From positions 27,397,821-27,461,820 of the forward strand of contig NC_092379.1 of NCBI RefSeq assembly GCF_030028105.1: 64,000 nt of DNA, written 5' to 3'. The notes below the pieces were generated by a model that searched no databases, was not told the DNA's origin, and worked only from the letters and a program-made list of their open reading frames with translations. How positions within the stretch are numbered: the first letter of the stretch is position 1; every line of letters begins with the position of its first letter. Below are positions 49,737 through 63,000 of the stretch, piece by piece. Source of the DNA: Mobula birostris (lineage: Eukaryota). The position numbers and the translations under genes were made by a program.

Positions 49737-51870
49737 CACAATGCCGTTTAGAAATTGGATTTGTAATTTATCAAGACGAAATCGGTCGTTTGCCAAACAA
49801 TATATATCCCTTCACAAGCTGTACAATGGACAAGAAACGGGCAAGATTACGTGACAGGATGCTGGAAACTGTGCGGTGTTCCTTGTTGCTTATGTTGCTT
49901 ATTGCTTGTCCCTTATGTGTTTCTGATGATTGAAACTGAATCGGAATGCTATTCTGTCTAGTTCAGTTGTCCCACCCTCTTATCTCTCCAAATCACATTT
50001 AATTGAGTTTGAGGTATCAGATGAGACTCAGTCGACATAAAATTGACAAATTCTGTATAGTATCTGTATCGATTCTCATTACTGGCACGTGCATTGTAGC
50101 ATGTTCTTCTGCCTCCTCTGGACAGGATGTCTTGAAGACTTTGATATTAAAGATTATTATCATGTGTTATGGGTCTCCTGCTGATGGGAGATTGATGTAT
50201 TCAATTGATTTCTTCTTTTAAGCAGATAAACCAGACAAACTGGTCAGACAAAAGTAGCAGTCTGTCACATAATCCTTCCGCTCTCGCCATATCATCAGGA
50301 CACCGAACATCAACAACTTCCGTGTACCTCTTCGACGAACGTTCTCATCGACGGCATATGTTGTACAGCACACGTGAGGAATCGAGGCGTTGACTCAGTC
50401 GCAAATGTTGCACTCAAAATGGAGCTCATGAATTTCCTTTATAGGCAGTGTCATTCTCCATCTTTCGACATAAAGTGTATACTCGCCACAGATATAACAG
50501 AAGATACCGAAACTGTTACGAATTTGGCGAGACATTTTGCTGCCCCATATACTCAAAAGAATAAATTCACTTTATTACAATGTGTACACATGCACCAAGA
50601 CCATGAACGCCGACATGACCGCAAATAAAGATACTAGTAAAGGCAATGCATAGAACGGTAACAAACAACAGGAATTCTGCAGATGCTGGAAATTCAAGCA
50701 ACACACAGCAAAGTTGCTGGTGAACGCAGCAGGCCAGGCAGCATCTGTAGGAAGAGGTGCAGTCGACGTTTCATGCCGAGACCCTTCGTCAGGACTAACT
50801 GAAGGAAGAGTGAGTAAGGGATTTGAAAGTTAGAGGGGGAGGGGGAGATCCAAAATGATAGGAGAAGACAGGAGGGGGAGGGATGGAGCCAAGAGCTGGA
50901 CAGGTGATTGGCAAAAGTGGATACGAGAGGATCATGGGACAGGAGTCCGGGAAGAAAGACAAGGGGGGGGGGGACCCAGAGGATGGGCAAGAGGTATATT
51001 CAGAGGGACAGAGGGAGAAAAAGGAGAGTGAGAGAAAAAAATGTGTGCATAAAAATAAGTAACAGATGGGGTACGAGGGGGAGGTGGGGCCTAGCGGAAG
51101 TTAGAGAAGTCGATGTTCATGCCATCAGGTTGGAGGCTACCCAGACGGAATATAAGGTGTTGTTCCTCCAACCTGAGTGTGGCTTCATCTTTACAGTAGT
51201 TTACGGTCTCCTCTACTGTAAAGATGAAGCCACACTCAGGTCGGAGGAACAACACCTTATATTCCGTCTGGGTAGCCTCCAACCTGATGGCATGAACATC
51301 GACTTCTCTAACTTCCGCTAAGGCCCCACCTCCCCCTCGTACCCCATCTGTTACTCATTTTTATGCACACATTCTTTCTCTCACTCTCCTTTTTCTCCCT
51401 CTGTCCCTCTGAATATACCTCTTGTCCATCCTCTGGGTCCCCCCCCACCCCCCGTCTTTCTTCCCGGACCTCCTGTCCCATGATCCTCTCGTATCCCCTT
51501 TTGCCTATCGCCGTTCCAGCTCTTGGCTCTATCCCTCCCCCTCCTGTCTTCTCCTATCATTTTGGATCTCCCCCTCCCCCTCCAACTTTCAAATCCCTTA
51601 CTCACTCTTCTTTCAGTTAGTCCTGACGAAGGGGCTCGGCCTGAAACGTCGACTGCACCTCTTCCTAGTGATGTTGCCTGGCCTGCTGCGCTCACCAGCA
51701 ACTTTGATGTGTGATGCATAGAACGGTGTATGGTGATTTTCGACAAAGCTGCAGCAGGCAGCATCCGCCGTGCTGAAGCATCAAAACATCGCAGCTTATA
51801 TCATGGGCAATATCTCAACTGACTTGAATTATCAATTGAAATGCTGCAGGTTGATTTGAAAATAATAGTG
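49737..51870 (-). mobile_element. Chapaev3-type (CMC) DNA transposon relic, internally deleted and interrupted by a Penelope palindrome; transposase remnant ~49850-50535
   Basis: The - strand from 50535 reads MSRQIRNSFGIFCYICGEYT...PHVCC...FGVLMIWRERKDYVTDCYFCLT...IEYINLPSAGDP...HLIPQTQLNVIWRD. CAC-initial termini at 49737 and probably 51870. Confidence 0.72.
50661..51713. mobile_element. Inverted (palindromic) Penelope insertion with 14-bp TSD
   Basis: Arm ~50700-51199 (-) and arm 51213-51713 (+) with a 13-nt spacer. ATGCATAGAACGGT at 50647-50660 and 51714-51727. Confidence 0.88.
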
Positions 51871-52009
51871 CGTGATGGGAATAATCTATCGTTCCAATCA
51901 AGATCAGTGCGACAAATTCCAAAGGAGCCAGGCAAACGTTTCCAGGAAACAAAATATTCATTGTCCAGTTTATTTAGAAAACTCCAATTTCCGATGTGGA
52001 TTAAAACGA

Positions 52010-55000
52010 AGGATTAGACGCTGCGCCCCAGCGGCCTCAATGACTACAGACCAGAGGCATTGACCTCCCACATCATGAAAAACCTGGAGAGACATGTTCT
52101 GGAGCTGCTCCGGCTGATGGTTAGGCCACACTTAGATCCCCACCAGTTCGTCTACCAGCCCTGACTAGGAGTAAAGATGCCATCGTCTACCTGCTGAACC
52201 GTGTCTACCCCAACCTGGACAAGCCAGCGACCACTGTGAGGGTCATGTTTTTTGACTTCTCCAGTGCGTTCAACACCATCCGCCCTGCTCTGTTGGGGGA
52301 AAAGCTGACTGCGATGCAGGTGGATGTTTTCCTGGTGTCATGGTTTCATGATTACCTGACTGGCAGACCACAGTACGTGTGCTTGCAACACTGTGTGCCC
52401 GAAAGGGTGATCAGCAGCACTGGGCCTCCACAGGGGACTGTCTTGTCTCCTTTTCTCTTCACCATTTACATCTCGGACTTCAACTACTGCACAGATCCTT
52501 GCCATCTTCAGAACTTTTCTGAGGACTCTGCCATAGTTGGATGCATCTGCAAGGGAGATGATGCTGAGTACAGGGCTGCGGTACGAAACTTTGTCACATG
52601 GTGTGAGCAGAATTATCTGCAACTTAATGTAAAAAAGACTAAAGAGCTGGTGGTAGACCTGAGGACGGCTAAGGTACCGGTGACCCCTGTTTCCATCCAG
52701 GGGGTCAGTGTGGAAATGGTGGAGGATTACAAATACCTGGGGATACGAATTGACTATAACCTGGACTGGTCAAAGAAGACTGAGGCTGTCTACAAGAATC
52801 GTCAGAGCCGTCTCTATTTCCTGAGGAGACTGAGGTCCTTTACCATCTGTCGGACGATGCTTAGAATGTTCTAAGAGTCTGTGGTGGCCAGTGCTATCAT
52901 GTTTGCTGCTGAGTGCTGGGGCAGCAGGCTGAGGATAGCAGACACCAACAGAATCAGCAAACTCATTCGGAAGGCCAGTGATGCTGTGGGGATGGAACTG
53001 GACTCTCTGATGGTGGTATTTGAAAAGAGGATGCTGTGCAAGTTGCATGTCATCTTGGATAATGTCTTTCATTCACTATGTAATGTGCAAAAAGAGTAAG
53101 TAAAATGTGCAGAAAGAGTAAGTAAATTTAAGAAGGACAACAACATTCAAGGGGCGTATAGCCCGGTGAGAGTTCGGGGATCTGCGTTATGCACAATAGG
53201 CAGCGATTTAAACAGAGAGAGGAGAAATGGGTTAACATTCTATATCTGAATGCACGAAGTGTTAGAAATAAGGCGGATGAGCTTGATGTTCAGGTGCGAA
53301 TGGGTAACTATGATGCTGTTGGGATAACGGAGACATGGCTGCAGGGCGATCAGACCTGGGGATTGAATGTACAAAGGTATACGTGCTATCGAAGGGACAG
53401 AAGGGTAGGCAGAGGAGGTGGGTGACCCTGTTGGTGAGGAATGACATTCAGTCCCTTGCAAGGGTGGGAGGGTGGTCATAGAATCAGGAGAAGTAGAGTC
53501 AGTGTGGATAGAACTGAGAAACAGTAAGGGCAAAAAGACCCTAATAGGTGTTATCTACAGGCCCCCAAACAGTAGCATGGATATTCGGTGCAAGTTGAAT
53601 AGGGAGTTAACAATGGCATGTGGCAAAGGAAATGTCGCAGCGGTTATGGGGGATTTCAACACGCAAGTGAACTGGGAAATTCAGGTTGGTACTGGACCCC
53701 AGGATAGGGAGTTTGTAGAGTGCCTACGGGATGCATTTTTGGACCAGCTTGTGCGAGAGCCGACCAGGGGTAAGGCTATTCTGGATTTAGTGTTGTGCAA
53801 TGAACAGGATTTGATAAGTGATCTTGAAGTAAAGGAGCCATTAGGAGAGAGTGAGCATAATATGATAAGTTTTTTTATCTGCAAGTTGAGAGGGTTAAGG
53901 ACAGATCAGAAGTTTCAGTATTGCAGTTGAACAAAGGAGACTATGGAGCCATGAGGGAGGAGCTGGCCAAAGTTGTCTGGTCGGATATCCTGGCAGAAGA
54001 GACAATGGAACAGCAATGGCAGGTATTCTTGAGAATAATGCACAAGGTGAAAAATCAGTTCATCACCCGGAGAAGGAAGGATTCAAAGGGGGGAAAGTGG
54101 CCACAGCGATTGACAAAGGGAGTCAGAGATAGCATAGTATTAAAAAAGAAGTATAGCAGAGCTAAGGTGAGTGGAAAGACGGATGATTGGGAAATTTTAA
54201 GGAACAACAGAACTTAACTATAAAGGCTATACGGGGAGAGAAAATGAGGTATGAACGAAAGCTAGCTAGGAATATAAAGGAAGATAGCAAAGGTGTTTTT
54301 AGGTATGTGAAGAGAAGTAAGATAGTTAAGAACAATGTTGGGCCCTTGAAAAAATGAATTGGGAGAAATTGTTATGGGAAACAGAGAAATGGCAGACGAA
54401 TTTAATAAGTACTTTGGATCTGTTTTCACTAGGAAAGACACAAGCAATCTCCCAGAAGTATGGATGGGCCAAGGACATAGGGTAACAGAGGAACTGAAAC
54501 ATACTGACATTAGGAAGGAAACAGTGATGAGTAGACTGATGTGACTAAAGGCTAACAAATCACCAGGTCCAGATGGTCTGCATCCTCGGGTACAAAAGGA
54601 GGTGGCTCTGGAAATTGCGGATGCATTGGTGATCATTTTCCAATGTTCCTTAGATTCAGGATCAATTCCTGACAATTGGCGAATGGCTAATGTTATCCCA
54701 CTTTTTAAGAAAGGAGGGAGGGAGAAAGCAGAAAACTTTCGCCATGTTAACCTAACATCAGTAGTGGGGAAGATGCTAGGGTCCATTATTAAAGATGAAA
54801 TAGCGGCATATCTTGATAGCAGTGATAGGATTGGGCCGAGCCAGCATGAATTTACCAAGGGAAAATCCTGCTTGACTAATCTATTGGAGCTTTTTGAGGA
54901 TGTAACCAGGAAGATGGACGAGGGACATCCAGTGGATGTGGTGTACCTTGCCTTTCAGAAGGCATTTGATAAGGTACCACATAGGAGATTGGTGGGTAAA

Positions 55001-56410
55001 ATCAGAGCTTATGGCATTGTGGGGAGGATATTGACATGGATAGAAAACTGGTTGGCAGATAGAAAGCAAAGGGTAGCAGTGAATGGGTGTTTCTCGGAAT
55101 GGCAGGTGGTCACTAGTGGGGTGCCACAGGGCTCGGTATTGGGACAACAGCTGTTTACGATTTACGTCAATGATTTAGAGGAAGGCATTGTGAATAACAT
55201 CAGCAGGTTTGCTGATGATACTAAGCTGGGAGGTAGTGTGACATTGATGAGGATGTTAGGAGAATTCAAGTTGACTTGGACAGGCTGGGTGAGTGGGCAG
55301 AAACTTGGCAGGTGGTGTTCAAAGTGAATAAGTGTGAGGTTATTCACTTTGGGAGCAAGAGCAGGAAGGCAGGTTATTATGTGAACGGTGTGGAGTTAGG
55401 TAAGGGAGAAATACATAGAGATCTAGGAGTACTTGTTCATCAGTTTCTGAAGGTGAATGAGCAAGTGCAGCAGGCAGTGAAGAAGGCCAATGGAATTTTG
55501 GCCTTTATTACAAAGGGAATTTAGTACAAGAGCAAGGAAATCCTTTTGCCTTTGTACAGGGCCCTGGTGAGACCACACCTGGAGTATTATGTGCAGTTTT
55601 GGTCTCCAGGGTTAAGGAAGGGCATCCTGTCTGTGGAGGAGGTGCAGCGTAGGTTCACTCGGTTCATTCCTGGGATGTCCGGACTGTCTTACGCAGAGAG
55701 GTTAGAGAGACTGGGCTTGTACACGGTAGAACTAAGGAGATGGGGGGGGGGGATCTGATTGAGACAAAGAATATTATTAAGGGATTGGACAAGATAGAGG
55801 TAGGCAATATGTTCCAGATGCTGGGAGAGTCCAGTACCAGAGGGCATGGTTTAAGAATAAGGGGTAGGTCATTTAGGACAGAGTTGAGGAGGAACTTCTT
55901 CTCCCAGAGAGTTGTGGAGGTGTGGAACGCGCTGCCTCAGAAGGCAGTGGAGGCCAATTCTCTGGAGGCTTTCACGAAGGAACTAGATAGGTATCTTATG
56001 GATAGGGGAATCAAGGGTTATGGGGACAAGGCAGGAACCGGGTATTAATAGTAGATGATCACCCATGATCTCTGAATGGCGGTGCAGACTCTCAGGGCAG
56101 AATGGTCTACGTCAGCACCTATTGTCTATTGTCTATTGTCTATTGTAATGGACTGGTTGGGCACAGCAGTACATTCAGCCAGAAACTCATTCCACCGAGA
56201 TGCAACACTGACCGTCACAGGAAGTCATTCCCGCCTGTGGCCATCAAATTTTACAGATCCTCCCTTGGAGGGTCAGAAAACTTGAGCCAATAGGCTGGTC
56301 TTGGACTTATTTCCTCGCATAATTTTCATATTACTATTTAATTATTTATGGTGCAACTGTAACGAAAACCAATTTCCCTCGGGATCAATACAGTATGACT
56401 ATGACTATTA
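52010..56410 (+). mobile_element. Rex1/Babar-type LINE split by a CR1 insertion (parts ~52010-53075 and ~56146-56410)
   Basis: LNDYRP.ALTSHIMK and ORF 52236-52874 (FFDFSSAFNTI...GPPQGTVLSPFLF...YKYLG). The sequence resumes after the CR1 and ends in a TATGAC tail. Confidence 0.85.
53080..56145 (+). mobile_element. CR1 LINE, near-complete ORF2 (APE endonuclease and RT) with several frameshifts and stops
   Basis: LYLNARSVRNK, GITETWL, MGDFN, ILDLVL, FQKAFDKVPH, SGVPQGS, FADDTKLGG, VRPHLEY; (CTATTGT)n tail. Confidence 0.93.
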
Positions 56411-57016
56411 ATGGGGTCGGAATAGAAAAGGTGAATACTGTTTTCACACAGTTAATGTTTACAGTCCGTGACGTTCGATGGAAGGGATGATGAAGCCAAA
56501 GAAACTGACAATATTTCAGGCTCACCTGGACGTAAAACGCTGTGGGATTATGCCGAGCAGATTGAAAGGTGCTGGCCAGATTTAGCATTGATGCATACGT
56601 GGTTATTGGTATAAAGATGTTGGAACGAAGGTCTTTCTTATATTCTGTATAATTCTGCGAATCATTTGTTCAAAAATCAAACCTACCAAAGCACGAACAA
56701 TATTTGAAAGAGAGTTTTCAATTAGCGAAATCTTTGGCTACCCAAATGGAACACAGCAAACCTTTCCTTCCTGGGAGTGGTTATGGAACTATTGGTTTTG
56801 TGTGAGGTTACCAGCACATCTGGGACTCAACGGTATTCACTCTCACTGGACATTCAACAGCTACACACATCTGAAGTTAAAACCCTCGAATGGCCAAAAG
56901 GTAGGCGCTCGACTTAGATATAATGAAAGAATATTTTGCAGCATTACTTGCTTTTCTAAACCGGAGTGTCATTCGATGATAGTACGATAGCATATGGATT
57001 ATATGAAATTGAACAT

Positions 57017-60000
57017 TGTGGTGAACATTCGCTCCATGATGACAGGCACGAAAAAAAAAAAAAAACGCCTTTACATCAAATTACTTCCTTAATGAAACAA
57101 GCCACACAAATTGACCGGAGCGCCATGTCCCGAGGAGTGAACACAGGCAGGCAGTTACCAGGGAAGGGGGAAAGGAGGACTGGAAGTGATTATTACAAAC
57201 CCTATTTACAGTCAGGACAATCTCCAGAAATACAAACGAACAACTGTATAACACGATAAATGAACGTGGAAACCCCATCATATCCCACCAAAGTAAACAT
57301 AATTGTTTTTTTTTAATATAAAAGAACAATAAATAGTGTTAGACACGAAGAATGCAGGGGCGGGCTGTTGCCCACTCTACTGGAGTGCCGCGTGCCTCCA
57401 CCTGGGTTCAACCGTCCACAGCAACCTACTGTGCATACTAATGTCCAATAATCCCGGTGGTTGTTGACGCTGCCGCCTTGGGCGCTAGGGATGTCTGGAG
57501 CCCCCGTGGGAGGTAGTGTTTGGTAAAACAAGAGGCAGGGTACGTGGAACGTTAATTCTTCTTTTAGACTGCTGGGACGATGGTGGCCAAGGTCATCGCG
57601 GTGCAACACGTATGTCTTCAGCCGCTCAAACAACCGTAAAGTAAACCAAGTAAAGCCAAGTCCTGTACACGCCTGGAGGCATCATAAAAGCCATAGAAAC
57701 CATAGAAACTACAGCACAGAAACAGGCCTTCTGGCCCTTCTTTTCTGTGCCGAACCATTTTTTGCCTAGTCCCACTGACCTGCACACGGACCATATCCCT
57801 CCATACACCTCCCATCCATGTATCTGTCCAATTTATTCTTAAATGTTAAAAAAAGGAACCGCATTTACCACCTCGTCTGGCAGCTCATTCCATACTCCCA
57901 CCATTGTCTGTGTGAAGAAGCGCCCCCTGATGTTCCCTTTAAACTTTCCCCCCCTCACCCTTAACCCATGTCCTCTGTTTTTTTTTTCTCCCCTTTCCTC
58001 AGTGGAAAAAAAAACGTGCTTGCATTCACACTATCTATACCCATCATAATTTTATATACCTCTATCAAATCTCCCCTCCTTCTTCTACGCTCCATGGTAT
58101 AAAGTCCTAACCTATTCAAACTTTTTCAGTAACTGAGTTTCTCAATTCCCGGTAACATCCTTGTAAACCTTCTCTTCACTCTTTCAACCTTATTTATATC
58201 CTTCCTGTAATTTGGTGACCAAAACTGAACACAATACTCCAGATTCGGCCTCACCAATGCCTTATACAACCTCATCATAACATTCCAGCTCTTATACTCA
58301 ATACTTTGACTAATAAAGGCCAATGTACCAAAAGCTGTCTTTACGACCCTATCTACCTGTGACGCCACTTTTAGGAATTTTTTTATCTGTATTCCCAGAT
58401 CCCTCTGTTCTACTGCACTCCTCAGTGCCTTGCATTAACCCTATATGTTCTACCTTGGTTTGTCCTTCCAACGTGCAATACCTCACACTTGTCAGTATTA
58501 AACTCCATCTGCCATTTTTCAGCCCATTTTTCCAGCTGGTCCAAGTCCCTCTGCAGGCTTTGAAAACCTTCCTCACTGTCTACCACACCTCCAATCTTTG
58601 TATCATCAGCAAACTTGCTGATTCAATTTACCACATTATCATTCAGATCATTGATATAGATGACAAATAACAATGGACCCAGCACTGATCCCTGTGGCAC
58701 ACCACTAGTCACAGGCCTCCACTCAGAGAAGCAATTCTCTACCACCAGTCTCTGGCTTCTTCCATCGAGCCAATGTCTAATCCAATTTACCACCTCTCCA
58801 TGTATACCTAGCGACTAAATTTTCCTATCTAACCTCCCATGCGGGACCTTGTCAAAGGCCTTACTGAAGTCCATGTAGACAATATCCACTGCCTTCCCTT
58901 CATCCACTTTCCTGGTAACCTTCTCGAAAAGCTCCAATAGATTGGGCAAACATGACCTACCATGCACAAAGCCATGTTGACTCTCCCTAATAAGTCCATG
59001 TCTATCCAAATGCTTGCAAATTCTGTCTCTTAGTACTCCCCGCAATAACTTACCTATTACCGACCTTAACCTTACTGGCCTATAATTTCCCGGATTACTT
59101 TTCGATCCTTTTTTTAAACAACGGAACAACATGAGCCACTCTCCAGTCCTCCGGCACCTCACTTGTAGACAGCAACATTTTAAATATTTCAGCCAGGGCC
59201 CCTGCAATTTCAACACTTGTCTCCTTCAAGGTCCAAGGGAAGTCCCTGTCAGGTCCCGGGGATTTATCCACTTTAATTTTCCTCAAGACAGCAGGGACCT
59301 CCTCCTTTTCGATCTGTACAGTTTCCATGATCTCACTACTTGTTTTCCTTAATTCCATAGACTTCATACCAGTTTCCTTAGTAAATACAGACGCAAAAAA
59401 AAACTATTTAAGATCTCCCCCATTTCCTTTGGTTCCACACATAGCCGACAACTCTGATCTTCAAGAGGACCAATTTTATCGCTTACAATCCTTTTGCTCC
59501 TAGTATACCTGTAAAAGCTCTTTGGATTATCCTTCACTTTGACTGCCAAGGCAACCTCATGTCTTCTTTTAGCTCTCCTGATTTCCTTCTTAAGTATTTT
59601 CTTGCACTTCTTATACTCCTCAAGCACCTTATTTACTCCTTGCTTCCTATACACGTCATACAACTCCCTCTTCTTCTTTATCAGAGTTGCAATATCTCTT
59701 GAGAACCAAGGTTCCTTATTCCTACTCACCTTGCCTTTAATCCTGACAGGAACATACAAATTCTGCACTCTCAAAATTTCTGCTTTGAAGGCTTCACACC
59801 TACCGATCACATCCATGCCAGAGAACAACCTGTCCCAATCCACGCTTTCAGTTAAGAACCTCAACCCTAGGACCAGATCTATCCTTGTCCATGATCATCA
59901 TCTCTGACTCCGGAGAATGTGGGCGCGTCACAGGTCCACCAGCCTGTGCACTCCACACCCGGCCATATGCAAAATCTCTGTATACTCCATGCTTTCTGGA

Positions 60001-63000
60001 ACTGCTGTCCCATATGCCCACGGTATTAGGGTTTTATTAGTGATCCCAATCGTGCTGATGCCGGAAAAAGATGAGAGCAAGCGTCGTAGCGAGGATGTGG
60101 TTAAAGCAACCCAGCAGCGCATCACATTGTGAGTGTGTGGGGTGGTCAGCTTATTAGTGTTTCCCAGCTGCCTGCAGACCTCAATAAACATATAACCGTC
60201 AAAACTGCGCCCCGGGTCAATGTGGAGTTTGTCAGGGGCGCCGAGGAGCTCCTCTGCCAGTCTCTCAGTACTGGTGCTCTTTGCCAACGCGTCTAACCTC
60301 TTCGTGAAGTAATGAATAACTACGACAACATAGTGTTTCACAGAGTTAGAATATGGGAAGGGGCCAACGATGCCTGGCTCTGCATGCTGCTCTGGGACAC
60401 CCACGAAGCACTGCTACATTAACAAACAGGACCGGCGGCCGGGCCCGTTTTGAGATGTGCCAGTTTCGCAGCAGTGCACGAAATGCCTACACCCATATCA
60501 ATAGGAGACTTCTCTCAGCCTGCCGAACGTGTTTGGAAATCAGAAATGGCCAGTCCCTTCCAACCCGCGCACCGACATCTGCACAGTGGAGCTGACCTCC
60601 TGTGAACCACACGCCGCAGGAGATCACTGTCATCACCTGGAAGAATAACTCACTGTGCATCTCCAACGTGTCGCAGAGACAGGACGGAGCTTTAGGTTCT
60701 GGAAGCAAGCGGAGACCTCTTTCCACACCGGCCGCCATCCCATTGTTAGCCCTATGTTCACATTGGCCGGCACGGGATTAATTGCCTGTACCTTCGCAGC
60801 TGCGGGAGATCCATGGTGAGTAGATCGCTGCCGGTTGTTACAGTAAGGAGCGCTAAAGCTTCCTGAACGTGGCTCTGCTGGCCTCATAGGAACGGGTGTC
60901 AGCGTTGTCGTGATGATTTCAAGTGCCGGGTTACATGTCTGAAGCGTCGTTCCGGTGAACTTCCAAAAGACCGCACCAGCTGGCCAACTGGGCAGCAGAA
61001 CCTCAACTGCCAAATAGCGACGCAAAGTCCGTGCTGAGCAGGAATCGTCGACCAAAGTGTTAGAGACGGGTCGAGGAGATCCTGGACCACGGCCAACATC
61101 TCTTCGCGTGTGACACAATCGTGCCACTGATTGTAACTGATGCACTGCACAACACGTTCGTATTTGCCCCGTTCCTGTCACAGCATTTTGCCGATCACGC
61201 CATTGCTGGCGTCTGCGTCAGCAATAATAGGGGCGTGCTGGATCAGGTACCCTAACACCAGGACCGCAGTGAACGCAGTTTGGAGCTGGTCGAAGGCGGC
61301 AGCGCAGTTGTTAGTGCATAAGAAGAGACTCCCCTTCTCTCTGAGCTAGTGCAGGGTACTAGATAAAGAGGCGAAGTACATAATAAACTGGCACAATATG
61401 ATACCAGACCCCAGAAATATGCGATTTTCGGAACCATCAACATTCCTTCCGCACTGAACCTATGCCCCGAGAACATTGTCTGGTGGCACAGCAGGCTGTA
61501 TTGTTCGGGATTAAGGCACAGGTTCACCTGTGGGATGGCGTTAAAGACCTTCTCTGATTTATGTAGGGCAACATATGAAACGACGGACAGCACAGAGAGA
61601 ACACCCAAATGATGACACATGGACTCCGTAAAATGTCAGCCAGCATTCTCTCCAGAATTCTCCTGAATGTAGTCGAGGCGTTAGATGGTCATGCGGCATT
61701 GCTTCATCAGTGGTGAAGGCAGCCCAGATTTGGACCCTACGAGCCAGTTCACCTGCCAGTAGTCACTGCGCAGATCGAAAAAGCTGAACTAGACCGAACC
61801 CGCCATGCAGTCCAAATTGAAGTTGAATTCGTGGCAATGGATGGAGCCCTTCTGGGTCATGCACGACCTGTCTTTCGTCCTCCTCAACATCGCTGGGGCT
61901 GCCCAAGGGCTGTGAAGTGATTCGCTGATGCTAGTCTCTGCCATTTCATCAATCTTCTGGCCCCGTGCCTGGCGGTTGGCGAGGGCCAGGCGCTGGGCAT
62001 GCTCTTGGACAAACCACGTGAGTCTGCAATCCTCGAATTTGGCTGCGAAGATGTCGAGATGCTGGACCTGAACAACGCTGCCACTGCTCCTCTCGCGCAG
62101 CCCTAGCACAGATAAGACACTGTCGCTCGAAGACCCCGCAGTGGTACTTCCTATGTCGCCCTGATGCGCATAAAAGATTACTGATGAAAAGCGCAATGTG
62201 GTCTGCGTGAGGTGACCGGTGGTGGTTGCTTCAGCACCGGCTTTGTCCACTTCCTGGAAATGCCATGCGGGATAATCATAGCTTCAGCGCTGAGATCGAG
62301 TGTTTTTTTTTTTTCCTTAAACGAGACCACAACGAGTCAACATGTCCAGGTCAATGAAACAAGTGTCCTCTATACCACACCTCGTGCTTCACTATGTTTT
62401 CCCCACTGCGTTGCGTAGCCACCTCTTCCTTCTCATCACCGCACAGTCGGCTGTGACGGGAGATGACTGGTCCCTGTCTTGGAGGACATCCCGACAGAAG
62501 ATGGTGATGGTTGACCCTGTGTCCACCAATGAATGCTATCAGATGCCTTGAACCACGCATTCCATTAATCCGACTTGTATTTCACCCAAAAGCTCCAAGC
62601 GGGGAGCCAATAAAGGAGGAATTTTCTAGCGGTCTTGGCCGACGTTGGATCGACCTGAGCGGCTAAAATTGCTACAATCCCACCGACTCTGCCAGGACCA
62701 CTGCCAGATATGATTGTGATGTCAGAGGAATGTGCTGCCACAGACCCTCCAGCATCGGCGTCTTCAAAAAAGAGTGGAGGGAATGCTGTTCCAGGAACGC
62801 AGGAGGGCATTGTGGTAGCCAGGCCTAGCACAGAAGAGGATATCTGCTGCAAACTCCATCCACCCTCCGCCCCACCACCGGCTTCTCACAAACCTCAACC
62901 CCCCACTCCGGCACGACCTCTTTACAAGCGTAACCCTCAACGTTTCCCCGATGGGCACTGATCGAAACGTTTTCCAGCGTCACACAGAAATCCCTGTAGC

